NCBI RefSeq assembly: GCF_030028105.1
Contig: NC_092374.1
Coordinates: 181,119,487-181,183,486, forward strand
Direction of reading: 5' to 3'
DNA length: 64,000 nt
Source: Mobula birostris
Lineage: Eukaryota
The notes beneath the pieces were generated by a model. The model saw nothing but the letters and a program-made list of their open reading frames with translations. It made no database searches and had not been told where the DNA came from. The position numbers and the translations under genes were made by a program. Numbering within the stretch: the stretch's first letter is position 1; each line of letters opens with the position of its first letter. Shown piece after piece: positions 12,720-24,767 of this stretch.

Positions 12720-12780
12720 CATTAATAGCAAAGAGATGTGAAAAAAAGATGTCAACATACACTCCCAAAATCTCTTTAAA
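12720..12780 (-). CDS. Gene A leader-like exon (FKEILGVYVDIFFSHLFAIN-G)
   Basis: Donor G|gtgagg in phase 1. Aligns with the gene B leader exon (KE..G......F..L...NG) and its upstream flank (aaacttaagttactttcaaca vs aaactcaacttactctaaca). No in-frame ATG found. Confidence 0.55.
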
Positions 12781-13082
12781 CTGCACTTCAATTGTTGAAA
12801 GTAACTTAAGTTTATAGAAGGATGTTCAGCCATTGTAAATACAGAAAAATCGACAGTTGTATTGATCAAATCTTGTGTTGGGGACTCCAATGAGATCTGG
12901 GATGGGGGTCTGCTCGGGTTTAACATATTGACGAGGGCCAAACCAACCCCAGCACTATTTTCTGCTTCCCTCAGGCAGAAGTGCATAGAAAACAATGCAA
13001 ACAACGTCTTCATGTATTTAATATGTCTGTGATGGGAGTGTGTAAAGACAGCGTTGCATTATTAGTGAGATTTTTTTTTAAA

Positions 13083-13403
13083 TCACATGTGCACAGCGTA
13101 CTCATGCAAAAAAAAAATGGCAGTTGGTTGGAGGCATGTGCCAAGGTAGACTGTCAGCGCTGCCCAGCTCGCGCGCTCATCCTCACTCCCGTTAATCCCG
13201 TGCCTCACCACGGGCACGCTCAGCCCAGTAACCTGTCCCACTGGTGGGGCATCACCAGGCGGAAGGGTAGAATTCTCAGCCACACTCAGGCAATCAGAAT
13301 CCCTGCTGGCAGAAGGCGTCACCCTCAAGCTGAAATTGTTTCCCAAGTTAACCGCAACCGCTGGTGAACGGAGTAAAGTGAGGTTAACATAGATGGTCAA
13401 AAC
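13083..13403 (-). CDS. Gene B candidate terminal exon beginning VLTIYVNL (ITSM/ITIM-like)
   Basis: Acceptor ccagcatttttatttcag|gtt, phase 0, matching the ITIM exon; 106 codons to stop. The acceptor lies in a common repeat fragment, and this CpG-rich region could instead be gene A's promoter. Confidence 0.35.
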   Translation of the reverse strand, partial: VLTIYVNLTLLRSPAVAVNLGNNFSLRVTPSASRDSDCLSVAENSTLPPGDAPPVGQVTGLSVPVVRHGINGSEDERASWAALTVYLGTCLQPTAIFFLHEYAVHM

Positions 13404-13589
13404 CTGAAATAAAAATGCTGGAACTGTTCAGCTGTCCAAGCAACATATGCAAGGAGAGAATGTGCTTTTAGTGAAGGCTACACCTCACTTCTCTCTCCAC
13501 AGTAGATTCAACAGGATGAGGGGTTTGACATTTGAAGAGGTTGAGTACCTAGTGCCTCACTGAGAAAGATAATTGAGGCATGTCATAAT

Positions 13590-14260
13590 TTAGAGTTTTC
13601 CAGCGTGGAAACAGGCCCTTTGGCACAAGTCATCCATGGCGAACATGATACTGACCTGAACTAGCTCTATTTGTCCCATATCTCTCTCAGCATTTCCTAT
13701 GCCCGTACGTGTCCAAGTATCCCTTAAACATTGTCATTGTACCTGTCTCTACCACTTCCACTGGCAGCTCATCTGTCATATCCACCGCTATCTGTGAAAA
13801 AGTTGCCCCTCAGTTTAAAAGAGTCTGCTCTCACTTTAAACCTGAGTCCTCTCATTTAACACTCGGAAAAGGACTGTGATCACCCATCATATCTATGTCT
13901 CTCATGATTTTATAGATCTCAGTCGGGTCAATTCCTTAGCCTCTGACACATCAGGGAGAACAGTTGTAGCCTATCCAGTCTCTTTTTACATTTGAACTCT
14001 CCATTTCCAGTATAATCCTCATGAATCTTTCCTGCACCATTTACAACTTAATGACTTCCTTCCTGTAGCTGGGTGACCAGAAATACACACAGTTCTCTAG
14101 GTGGTCTCATCAGCATCCCAGCTCCAGTTACACAGTATCCTGACTGATGAAGGTCAGTGCCCAATCACTTTCTTCACCACCCTGCCTTCACCTCACTTTC
14201 AGGGATCTACGCAGGTATCCGTCAGTCACTCTAGTACAACACTCTACAGGGTTCTGTCAT
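13590..14260 (-). mobile_element. CR1-like LINE 3' fragment, degenerate
   Basis: Similar in reverse orientation to the CR1 C-terminal regions elsewhere in the window. Confidence 0.6.
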
Positions 14261-14329
14261 TTCCTGTGTAAAATCCTGCCCAATTTAGCTCAAACAAGGG
14301 TACAGTGTAGCAGTGTGCTAAGTTAAGTT

Positions 14330-14615
14330 CCATTTGGTATTCCTTGGCCCACTTGGCACTGAACACACCTACATGAAACGCTGTCACAGGAAAGCAGCAT
14401 CGATCATCAAAGGTCCTCATCCCCCAGGCCATGCTCTTTCTTCGCTGCTGCCATCAGGTAGAAGGTACCAGAGTCTCAGGACTTGCACCACCAGCTTCAA
14501 GAACAGTCACTACCCCTCAACCATTAGGCTCGTGAACAAAAGAGGATAACTACACTCATCTATTGAGATGATCCCACAACCAATGGTTTCACTTTAAGGA
14601 CTCTATCTTATTACT
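14330..14615 (+). mobile_element. Rex1/Babar-like LINE 3' end
   Basis: KAASIIKGPHPPGHALSSLLPSGRRYQSLRTCTTSFKNSHYPSTIRL. Confidence 0.75.
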
Positions 14616-14649
14616 TCTGTTAAGGCATAGTAGTGTAGTGAGAATGGCT

Positions 14650-17600
14650 CCAGGGGCCGTGTTTTGTATTGTGTGTGGATGCAGGAAGTCCGGGAGACAT
14701 CCAGCCTCCCAGATAAACACATCTGCACCAGGTGTATTGAATTGCAGCTCCTGAGAGAACAGATTAGGGAACCAGAGATGCAGCTCGATGACCTTTGACA
14801 CATGGGAGAATGAGGAGGTGATAGACAGGAGCTACAGGGAGGTAGTCACACTGAGATTGCAGGAGATAACCAAATGACTGTCAGGAGAAGGAGGGGAAAT
14901 GCACAGCCAGTGCAGAGTACACCTGTGGCCATTTCCTCAGTAATAATTATACAACTTTAGATATTGTGAGTTTAATGTTGAAGGATACACACTGCATCCA
15001 AAGGATAGGCAGGAAGGCAGATGGGTAGCGTTATTCTGTTGGTAAAAAAATAAATCAAATCATTAGAAAGAGGTGACATAGGGTCGGAAGGTGTTGATTC
15101 ATTGTGGATAGAGCTAAGGAACTGCAAGAGTAAAAGGACCCTGATGGGAGATGTATACTGACCCCCAAACATTAGTGAGGATGTGGTCTACAAATGACAA
15201 TGGGAGATAAAAATGCATTACAAGAGGCAGTACCCTCTTGGGATATTTCCATATGCAGGCAGATTGGGGAAATCAGGTTGGTGCTGAATCCCAAGAGAAG
15301 GATTTCTAGAATGCCTACAAGGTGGCTTTTTAGAGCAGCTCATTGTTGAGCCCACAAGGGGAATCAGCTATTCTGGACTGGGTGTTGTGTGATGAACCAG
15401 AACTGATTAGAGATCTTTAAGGTAAGGGAACCCTTAGGGGAAAGTGATCAAAATAAAATTGAATTCACTCTGAAATTTGAGAAGGAGAAGTTAAAGTCAG
15501 ATGTATCAGTACTACCATAGAGTAAAGGGAATTACAGAGGCATGAGAGAGAAGTTGGCCAAAATTGATTGGAAAAGAACACTGGCAGGGATGATGGCAGA
15601 GCAACAAAGGCTGGAATTTCTGCAAACAATTTGGAAAGCACAGAATACATACATCTCAAAGAGGAAGGAATATTCTGAAGGAAAGTTGTCACAACTGTGG
15701 CTAACAAGAGAAGTCAAAGCCAACATAAAAGCCAAAGAGACAACATATAACTGAGCAACAATTAGTGGAAGCTAGAGGATTGGGAAGCTTTTAAAAACCA
15801 ACAGAAGGCAACTGAAAAGTAATTAAGATATAGCTGGAATATGAAAGTAAGCTAACCAATAATATTAATGGTGATAAAAAATGTTTCTTCAGATACATAA
15901 GGTGGAACAGCGAGAAGAGAGTGGATATCTACAATTGGAAAATCATGCTGGAGAGGTAGTAATTGGGGTCACGGAAATGGCAGACAAACTGAATGAGTAT
16001 TTTGTATCATTCTTCACTGAGGAAAACACTAGCAGTATGGTGTATGGTGGAAGTTCAAGGTGTCAGGTGTCACAAAATGTGTGAAGTTATCATAACTAGA
16101 GAGAAGTTTCTTGGGAGACTTAAAGATCTGAAGGTAAATAAGTCACCCAGACCAGATGGTGTACACCCCCAGGATTCTGAAAGAAGAGGTAGAAGAGATT
16201 GTGGAGATATTAGTAATGATCTTTCAAGAATCAGTAGATTCTGGAATGGTTTTAGAAGACTGGAAAATTGCAAATGTCATTCCACTCATCAACAAGGGAG
16301 AGAAGCAGAATAAAAGGAAATTATAGGCCAGTTAGGCTGACCTCAGAGGTTGGGAAGATGTTGGAGTTGATTGTTTTGGGGTACTTGGAGATACATGATA
16401 AAATAGACTGTAGTCAGCATGATTTCCTTAAGGAAAAAATCTTGTCTGACATATCTGTTGGAACTCTCTGAAGAAGTAACAAGCTGGATAGACAAAGGAG
16501 AATCAGTTGATGTTGTGTACTTGCATTTTCAGAAGGCCTTTGACAAGATGCCACACGAAGCTGCTTAACAAGCTACGAGCCCATAGTTTTACAGGAAAGA
16601 TTCTAGCATGGATAATTGGCAGTGACTGATTGGCAGGAGATGAAGAGTGGGCTGCTGGTGACTAGTGGGGTTCTGCAGGGATCTGTGTTGGGACCAATTC
16701 TTTTTACATTACATTACAATGATTTGAATGATGGAATTGCTGGCTCTGTTGTAAAGTTTGCAAAAAATATGAAGATAAGTGGAGGGGCAGGTAGTTTTGA
16801 GGAAGTAGAGAGGCTACAGAAGGAATTAGGCAGATTAGGTGAATGGCCAGATTAGAAGCAGTAGATGGCATACTATATTGGAAAGTGTATAGTCATGAAC
16901 TTTGGGAGAAGAAATGAAAGGGTTGACTATACAAGATACAAAAAACTGAGGTGTAAAGGGACTTGGGAATCCTTGAGCAGGAATCCCTAAAGGTTACTTT
17001 GCAGGGTGAGTCTGTGGTGAGGAAGGCAAATGTGATGTTAGCATTCATTTCAAGAGGACTAGAACGTAAAAGCAAGGTTGTAATGTTGAAACTTTATAAA
17101 GCACTGGTGAGGCCTCACTTGGAATATTATGGGCAGTTTTGGGCTCCTTCTCTTAGAAAGGATGTACTGAAAGTCAAGAGGGTTCAAAGGAGGTTCACAA
17201 AAATAATTCCAGGTTTTAGTGGCCTATCGTATGAAGAGTGTTGATGGCTCTGGACCAGTATTCACTTGAATTCGGAAAAAATGAGGTGTTACCTCATTGA
17301 AACCTATCAAATGATGAAAGGCCTTGATAGAGTGGATGTGGAGAGGATGTTTCCTATGGTATAAGAGTCAAAGACCAGAGGACACAGCCTCAGAATAGAA
17401 GGGTGTCCTTTTAGAACAGTGATTATGAGGAGGTTCTTTAGTCAGATAGTGGTGAATTTGTGGAATACATTGCCACTGGCAGCTGTGGAGGCCAAATCTC
17501 TATGCATATTTAAGGCAGAGGTTGATAGATTCTTGATTGGTCAGGGTATGAAGGGATACGGGGAGAAATCAGGAGATCGGGGCTGAGAGGAAAATGGATT

Positions 17601-17672
17601 GGCCATCATGAAACAGTGAACAGACTCAATGGACCATATGGCCTAATTCTGTTCCTATATCTTATGGTCTTA
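14650..17672 (+). mobile_element. CR1 LINE with ORF1 zinc-finger remnant and decayed ORF2
   Basis: About 14660-14850 reads like CR1 ORF1 (C..C...HICTRCIELQLLREQ...LDDL), then endonuclease/RT fragments ([22 protein letters not shown]); tail tatcttatggtcttat. Confidence 0.85.
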
Positions 17673-18789
17673 TATTAGAACTTTAAAAATTGTCAGACAA
17701 GGATAAAAACAAAGACGATATTTGGGAACAAAATCCTTCAGGCGTGGGCACCAAGCAGTATGGCGAGTATATGGGGCAGACTAAGAAGCGGACTCACATT
17801 TACTGTTCTTCACTACACAGGAACTATTCCAGACTCAGATTAATTTTGAAAGTAATAACCAATGCATCTGTAATGGCCAATGCAATAACAATAGAAACTC
17901 AAAAATGTTGATCACAGCATCCTTGGGATGTATGGGATTTTAGTCTCAGTAACCTCTCTGCTACATTTTACTTAGTCATAGAATATCTTCCACGGAGATT
18001 TACTGGCAGGGTGCACAGTGGTGCAGCTCATAGAGCCTCTGTCTTGCAGTGACAGGGATCCATAGGGTTCAATTCTGACCTTGGGAGATTCTGCAGATGC
18101 CAGAAATCTTGAGGAGTACACAAAAATGCTGAAAGAACATAGCAGGTCAGATAATACCTGTGGAGGGCATTAAATAGTCAATATTTCAGTCCGAGACCCT
18201 TCATCTGGACTGGAAAGGAAGGGAGCAGCACCCAGTATCGTAAGGTGGGGTGGGATGAGGATGGATGGAGGACAAGCTGTGGTGATAGGTAAGACCAGGT
18301 GGGAGGGGTGAAGTATGATGCAAGAATACCCCCTTAGTGTTGATGAGTGTAATTATTGACTGGGTGTTCACATATAAATGCCTGAATGCAATAATGGGTC
18401 AAAGGTTGGCAATGTCAGCATTGTCGTTGAAAATGCTTGACTTGCTTGGATGAATGTAGTTTTGATTACTATCAAGAAGATTGACACTGTCCAGTAAAAA
18501 GAAAATTGTTTGATTGGTACCTCAGCTACTATCAGAAACATTCCTTCTATCTTCCCCAGTTCACAGTAGCTGCACAACGTACCAACCAAAATACAATACT
18601 TTACTTGACCAGGAGACCCGGACCTAAACCTGCAACTTGTGCTGTGACGAAAGACAAGGGAAGCAGATGCAGGAAACCACTATCATGCGCAGGTTTCCTT
18701 CATTGTCACTGATGTAAGCCCTTGGATGCCCTCCAATAGCATAGTTAGCACCTCAAGTAGAAGGATTGCAATTCAAGTAGCTGGCTCAC

Positions 18790-18838
18790 ACAATTTCTTA
18801 AAGGCAACTTGCGGTAAACAATATGTTCATGTCCAGAT
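18790..18838 (-). CDS. Gene B cytoplasmic exon encoding an ITIM (SGHEHIVYRKLPLRNC), phase 2 to 0
   Basis: Strong acceptor ttctatttatttgtttttcag| and donor |gtgagc; 49 bp; only one frame is open and it encodes I-V-Y-R-K-L. Confidence 0.55.
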
Positions 18839-20802
18839 CTGAAAAACAAATAAATAGAATTTTAAAACTGCCTAAGTGTAATGCTTAGTAGTATAAAAGA
18901 AATGTGCTCTGCTTAATATGGGAAGTGATGTATACTGTAACTGGGGAAAAGAATTGTATTTATCAAGGCCACAATCTGTTATGATCCTTAGTCATATTTG
19001 GCAGTCAGTGGTTTGATTCCGTTTTTGTTGATTTGTCTGCAGTTGGAAGCTGCAACTGCTCCTAGATGCCTGGAAAGGGAAGAAACTTTCTGAAATATTT
19101 CCTGAGGGATCTGGTTTATATTGTGCAAGAAGTTCACCAAAAGTGCTTAATTAAAGGCACCATCTGCCCGTGGCACTTCTGACAGAACAAAACCTGTGCC
19201 GCTTGCAAAATTCCAGTTACTTAACATGTTTAAATATTCAGAGAAGTAGTTGTATTAGCTCCTGTTTGTTTGTCTATAATGTACAGTTCTTTCAACACAC
19301 ATCAAAGTTGCTGGTGAACGCAGCAGGCCAGGCAGCAGCTCTAGGAAGATGTACAGCTGACGTTTCAGGCCGAGACCCTTCCTCAGGGCTAACTGAAGGA
19401 AGAGCTAGTAAGAGATTTAAAAGTGGGAGGGGGAGGGGGAGATCCAAAATGTAGAAATCCAAAATCCAAAAGTAGTTGAGGTACCAATCAAACAAGTTCT
19501 CTCAATGTGTTCGGCACATTTGGCTTGGTAGACCATACTGGTTGAGGAGGACAGGAAATCTGCTTACTTGTGGCTTATACGTCCTGAAGCTGCTCTATCC
19601 ATTACATTAAACAGCTCTCTAGTTACCCTCAGACATAGAAATATTTGTTTTTCCATAACTATTCATGATCCTATAGTATTATGTGCTCCCCGCAAAGTAT
19701 GTTCCATATCATGCACTTATTTCCCTAGAGCTAGACGTCACAGAGGTTTCCTTGTTTGCTGAGTTGGAAATACTCTGTCTTCATTAAATAATTTCTCTTC
19801 AATGTACAGTATGTCCAGCACTGCTCCCTCTCTTCACCCTTTAATATTATCCCATATCAGAATACATGAATCCATTGTCACATTATTTTGTAATATGCCT
19901 GAAAATTTAATCCTCCTCCCCATGCCAAGCTTTCTCTCTTCCCAGTGTTTTTAAATCACTGTGAGTCAACTATTAAATTCTCAGTCCTGAAAATCTTTGC
20001 GCCATGTTACGTGTTCATGCATATGCACTTCAGACTCATCTGAGTTTGCTTTGCATAATCCTCCTGAACTCCTCACTCTGTTGCTATTTTCCAATGAGCA
20101 GCTTTTTTTTGCACTTAATTAATATCTCACTGCGTTGTTCATTTTGCTGCCAAATAAGTTTAAATTCTCCAAAAATATTATCAATACCTTACTGTGAGGA
20201 TTTAATCCATTTTTTGTGTGGATGCTCTCATTTCATTCTAAAGAAAGTAACCCCTTTCCCCCAGCACTGGCTGAATACCATCTCCATTGTACACACTCTC
20301 CAGTCACACCTCAACTGTGTAATCTGTAAGAATTTCATAATTTCCTTGACATTATCCTCTACCAGTAATCACAATAAAGTGACTTAAGAAGAATGTAATA
20401 CCTTCAGTAATTATACTTCTATATTTAATTTATTATCCAGCTTACTCTTAATACATTAAAAACAAATTAATGCATAGTAATATTACAAAAGGGCATTATG
20501 TTCAGAATCAGAATCAGGTTTTGTATCACCGGCATATGTCATGAAACTTCTTGTTATGCGGCAGTGGTACATTGCAATAAATAATAAAAACACTTATAAA
20601 TTACAGTAAATATTCTATATATATATTAAAAAGTTAAATTAAATATAAAGTGCAAAAAGAGAGATAAAAAGTAGTGAGGTAGTGTTCATGGGTTCAGTAT
20701 TGCTTTGGCTTTTAATCTATTTTACCTTAAACACTTATTTCAAGACTAACTTCAGTTCATGTGTCTCACTGAATACAATTTGTGTGTTAATTCTGAAACT
20801 AC

Positions 20803-20866
20803 TTTTGATGCCTGTAATAATATGCAGACAATAATTCCGTGTACAATAATGGAATTAGCAGAAACA
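20803..20866 (-). CDS. Weak candidate for gene B TM exon (VFLLIPLLYTELLSAYYYRHQK)
   Basis: Phase 1 to 2 bridges the V exon and the ITIM exon. Acceptor ctcccag|; upstream flank loosely resembles the gene A TM-exon flank (aattatcattcag). Donor aa|gtagtt is weak and the helix contains a Glu. Confidence 0.2.
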
Positions 20867-21089
20867 CTGGGAGATTATCAGACATTGCCAAAAAGAAAAT
20901 GAAATTATCATTCAGACTTTAGACTACGTGAAAATGGAATACCAAGGCATTAGGGAAGATAGGGGAATCAAATTCTTTGCTTAATCTAGGAAAATTATGC
21001 AGTCAAAAGTTAACAGTCTTTAAAAGTGGTAATCTCCTGACCTCTGTAAAGCATATCCGCGTCAGGATTTGCAGTGGAAGTCATCACAG

Positions 21090-21590
21090 AAAGACACAAC
21101 ATGGAAACAGACCCTTTTACCCACTCGGTCCATGCCGATCATCAGCAACCTATTTACATAAATCTTAGATTAATTTCTAATTCCTCCCCAGATTCTGCCA
21201 GTGATCGAGACACCAAGGGCAACATGTTGTGCTAATGCACCAAAAGACATGCATGTCATTGGAAATTGAGGAACTGCAGGCGCTGCAAACCGAAAACAAA
21301 TGGGAAATGCTGCTGGAATTGGCAGGTCAGACTGATGCTTCAGGTCAAAGAATCTTCATCAGAATTATGATTTGGCCTGACTTGCTGAGTATTTCTGGCA
21401 TTTTCAATTTTCTTATATTGCATATCTTTGGGACGTGGGAAGAAATTGGAATATGCAGAGGATACCCACATTGTCATAGGGAGAATGTATAAATTCAACA
21501 CAGACACAGCATCCAAAAATCAAGATTGAACCCAGGTCCCTTGTGCCCTGAGGGATTGTTCTACTAATTGAGCTACTGTGCCGATGTGAA
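21090..21590 (-). mobile_element. SINE with an inserted short repeat
   Basis: SINE body gggagaatgtataaattcaacacagacac...caagattgaacccaggtccc (reverse B-box). Confidence 0.55.
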
Positions 21591-22069
21591 CTTGTGTTCA
21601 AGACATGCCCATTGTTTCTCTCTGTAGTATAATGAATCATGGAAAAGCTGTCAAGTTTTGATGGAAAGCTCTACTTCAACAATTGACCAGGTATCTCTCG
21701 TCAGTGTTTTTCTGCAGTATAAATTAATTTAGATTTTTTTCTACATCTTTCCTATCCATTATTCCAGATGATAATCATAATGAAAGAAATGCTCGAGGCC
21801 AGAGCTTCCCTTTTACCAGTCCCCATGGCATATTGATCCTGGCTTAAAATGCATTTATCAATAGTTAAGTAAAATGGAGGTCATAATGAACATATTCTTG
21901 AAGTGTTAGTCAATGTCATTAATGTACACAAATAATTTCAAAGCTCCCAGTTGTCACAAAACAAGAAAATGAGGTAAACAATGAGGTTTCAGTCCAGCCC
22001 CATGGGCCTTCTTTTGGTGTTGGATTGGCAGACCATTAGATATTGCTCCAAAGAAATTTGTTCATTTCA

Positions 22070-22530
22070 GATAGAGAAGCTTTAGAGAGGATGCAGAGGA
22101 GAATACCAGGACATGTCTTATGGCGAAAGGCTGAGTGAGCTATGTTTTTTTCCCTTCGGAGCAAGGCAGGATGAGAAACAACTTGGAGCTGTGTGCATTA
22201 TATGAGGCATCAACAGAATGAACGGCCAGAACAGCCACTATCTTTTTCCCAGCATGACAATGGCTAATACCAGAGCATATCCTTTCAAAGTGATTGGAGA
22301 AAGATTCAGAGGAGATGTCAGAGGTAGCTTTCTTTTTTACACGGAGAATTGTAAGTGTCTGGAATGCACTGCTTGTGATGATAGTAGAGTGTGATGGATT
22401 AGGGGCATTTATGAGACCTGTTCATGAGCACATGCATGAAAGAACAGTGGAGGGTCAGGGATAGTATAGCAGGGAAGGGAATGATTAACACAACTTCCTG
22501 GGCTGACAGGCCAATAGTGTGCAGTATGGT
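22070..22530 (+). mobile_element. CR1-like LINE 3' end, degenerate
   Basis: Similar to other CR1 3' ends (aaagattcagaggagatgtcagaggtag...ggaatgcactgc). Confidence 0.6.
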
Positions 22531-24360
22531 TCTAGTTAATATTCAAATTCACCCATTTTTCAAAATCAGAATCAGGTTTAATGTCACAGCTCAACACAGC
22601 AGTGTAATAAAATTCCCAGTGCCCCCAGTAAGTTTAAAGGAAATGCAGAAAACTGAACCCAGTGAATTTAAAGGGAGTGGTAAAAATTGAGTGAGATTAA
22701 AGGGAGTGTGGGAAACCAGGCCCAGGTGAGTTTAAAGGGAACAATGGAATTATTAAATTATATTAGGTACAATTTATTAAACAGGGGAAACTGGGCAGCC
22801 CTGTTTATAAAGCAACTACAGGAAATGGGCCTCTGGTAAAAAAGTGATGAGTATTTGGGATTTCCAAACAATGGACGAGCAGATTATTAATGTTTTACTT
22901 GAGCATGATTCACAGTTAGTGTGATTATGAACACAGCAGGTGGGATTTAAAAAATGAGGTATATAAAACAATATACTAGATGATACAATTTTAATATGTT
23001 GTAAGATAATTGAAAAGCTTGTAAAATGGCAATATCATATCTACAGCAAGGAATATACATCTACTTAAGTTTGTAAACACCAGTTGAATAATTAATTTAG
23101 TACATCAAAATCTATAAGTTGTGTGGGGAAGATTTTCTAGAAGAGTGCCTGGGAAATGCTGGTCACGAGACCATTGGAGAATATTTTTCCTTCCCATATC
23201 AGAGATGTTCAACATTACATGGGTTTCAAAGAATAAATGGAAAATGAACTACAGTGGCGGAGGTAGTGGGGGGAGTTGGAGGGGAAATCAATAAGTATTG
23301 GGACATTAGCAGATACGTTTTAGGTAGCAGTGACATCTTAAAATTGCAAAGGTAGTGATCATATCCAACACCAAAACACCTACTCTTGATATTCAATAAC
23401 ATTATCATCACTTCCTGACCAGCGTTACTAAGGTCAGCAATGAACAGAAACTCAACTGGGTGTACCACATAAAACTGACAATGGGCTGTGTGGGGTACCC
23501 ACCGCTGATATGCAGAAGCTCCACTCCACTATCTATGAAACCCACTGCAGTCACTTCTGAGGCTATGCTGACAGCTCCTCCCAAAACCCCATCTCTCCCT
23601 CCCATATGGATAATGAAAGGAGGCATAAGGGCAACATACCGGCAGTAGTTTCCCGTCAAGTCACTCACCCTCCTGAATTAAAAATGGATTGTTCTTCCAC
23701 TGTTGCTCGGATTAAACACGGAGGTTGTCGTGAGCACCATGATAAGGAGGACTTTCAAGTGGGTGTCTCGCTCTGAAGTTTCAGGATCAATAGGCCGTGG
23801 GTAATGCCTATATTCCGATATTTATTGCATTTTAAATAGAGGCTAGGTACTTGCCACAGCCAGCATGAGGGGAAGCAAACATCAGAGCAAATTGCTCTGA
23901 TCTTTTGAAAGCAAATTGAACAAAAGCTGGAAATTGAAACATCAGAGAGCGGTGGAAACACCGGGCGACACAGTGACACAGCGACTGCCTCTGTCCCAAG
24001 CTCGGGAGCTGCCGGCGTGGAGAATGCACATTCTCCCTATGAGGGCATGGGTTCCCCCCGGATGATCCCGGTTCTTCCCGCATCCCAAACACTGTTGATT
24101 GGTTATTGTAAACTGCCCTCACTAGGTAGGTAAATGGTACAATCAGACTGCAGTTGGTGAGAACATGCAGAGATTAAAAACATATGTATAATGCCGACAT
24201 TCCGGAAATAAAAAGCCTGAACCTTGTACAGGAGAGGACACTCAACAAAGCTTTAGTTATAAATCTCATGATTAATGTTGAGTCTGGATGTCACTGGATT
24301 CGGAATGAAAACTTTCCTAACAACTGCAAAGAGGACTTCATATCATGAAAATGTACCTAC

Positions 24361-24729
24361 CCATTCTATCAGACGGCTGCACGGTCAAGTACAAACTGCC
24401 TTTTTCAGTTCCCGTTGAGCAGCTAATGGATAATTCATAAATCCCGCTGTCGCTGGTCTGCAAATCTTTCATCAGTAAGGATGCATTCTCTGGAAAAAGC
24501 ACGGCCCGGTATTTATAGTGGTCGGCAATGGGAATGGTGTGGGTAAATCCAACTAAGTTGCCGTTTCTGTCCGAGGGACATCGAAAATCTACAATTCTTG
24601 TGCCGGTCTTGGTCCATGTGATCCGCAGATACCCGCCCGAGTCTGAGTTGGTGTAGGAGGCCGGTAGGAGCACAAACTGTCCGACCGTCCCTGTCAGGCG
24701 GTCCGGATGCATTCTCAGTGTTACAGCGG
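24361..24729 (-). CDS. Gene B Ig V-set exon, paralog of 5703-6077
   Basis: Acceptor gctatttttcctttag|cc, donor G|gtaggt, 369 bp, phase 1-1; TGTVGQFVLLPASY, LRITW, YKYRAVLFPENASLLMKDLQTSDSGIY; 79/119 aa identical to gene A by manual alignment. Confidence 0.9.
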
Positions 24730-24767
24730 CTAAAGGAAAAATAGCAATCCTCTTAATTTATAGAACT

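Noticed and set aside
12693-13013. 106-aa minus-strand ORF starting MKTLFALFS as a signal-peptide ORF
   Set aside because: It reaches the donor in phase 0, incompatible with the phase-1 V exon, and the frame is closed in gene B.
17690-17880. Hydrophobic minus-strand stretch (PLLSLPHILAILLGAHA*RILFPNIVFVFILV*) as TM or leader exon
   Set aside because: In-frame stops, no ATG or compatible splice pair, and it lies downstream of the ITIM exon.
19568-19620. Exon with strong donor aa|gtaagc (phase 2)
   Set aside because: No pyrimidine-rich acceptor. It could be an extra cytoplasmic exon of gene B but is not supportable.
21930-22010. LIVYLIFLF stretch resembling the gene A TM
   Set aside because: Stop codon immediately upstream in frame and no usable acceptor or donor; probably chance similarity.
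22750-23250. AT-rich segment with short protein-like stretches
   Set aside because: Multiple stops and no recognisable domain; may be an ancient TE, unassignable without a search.
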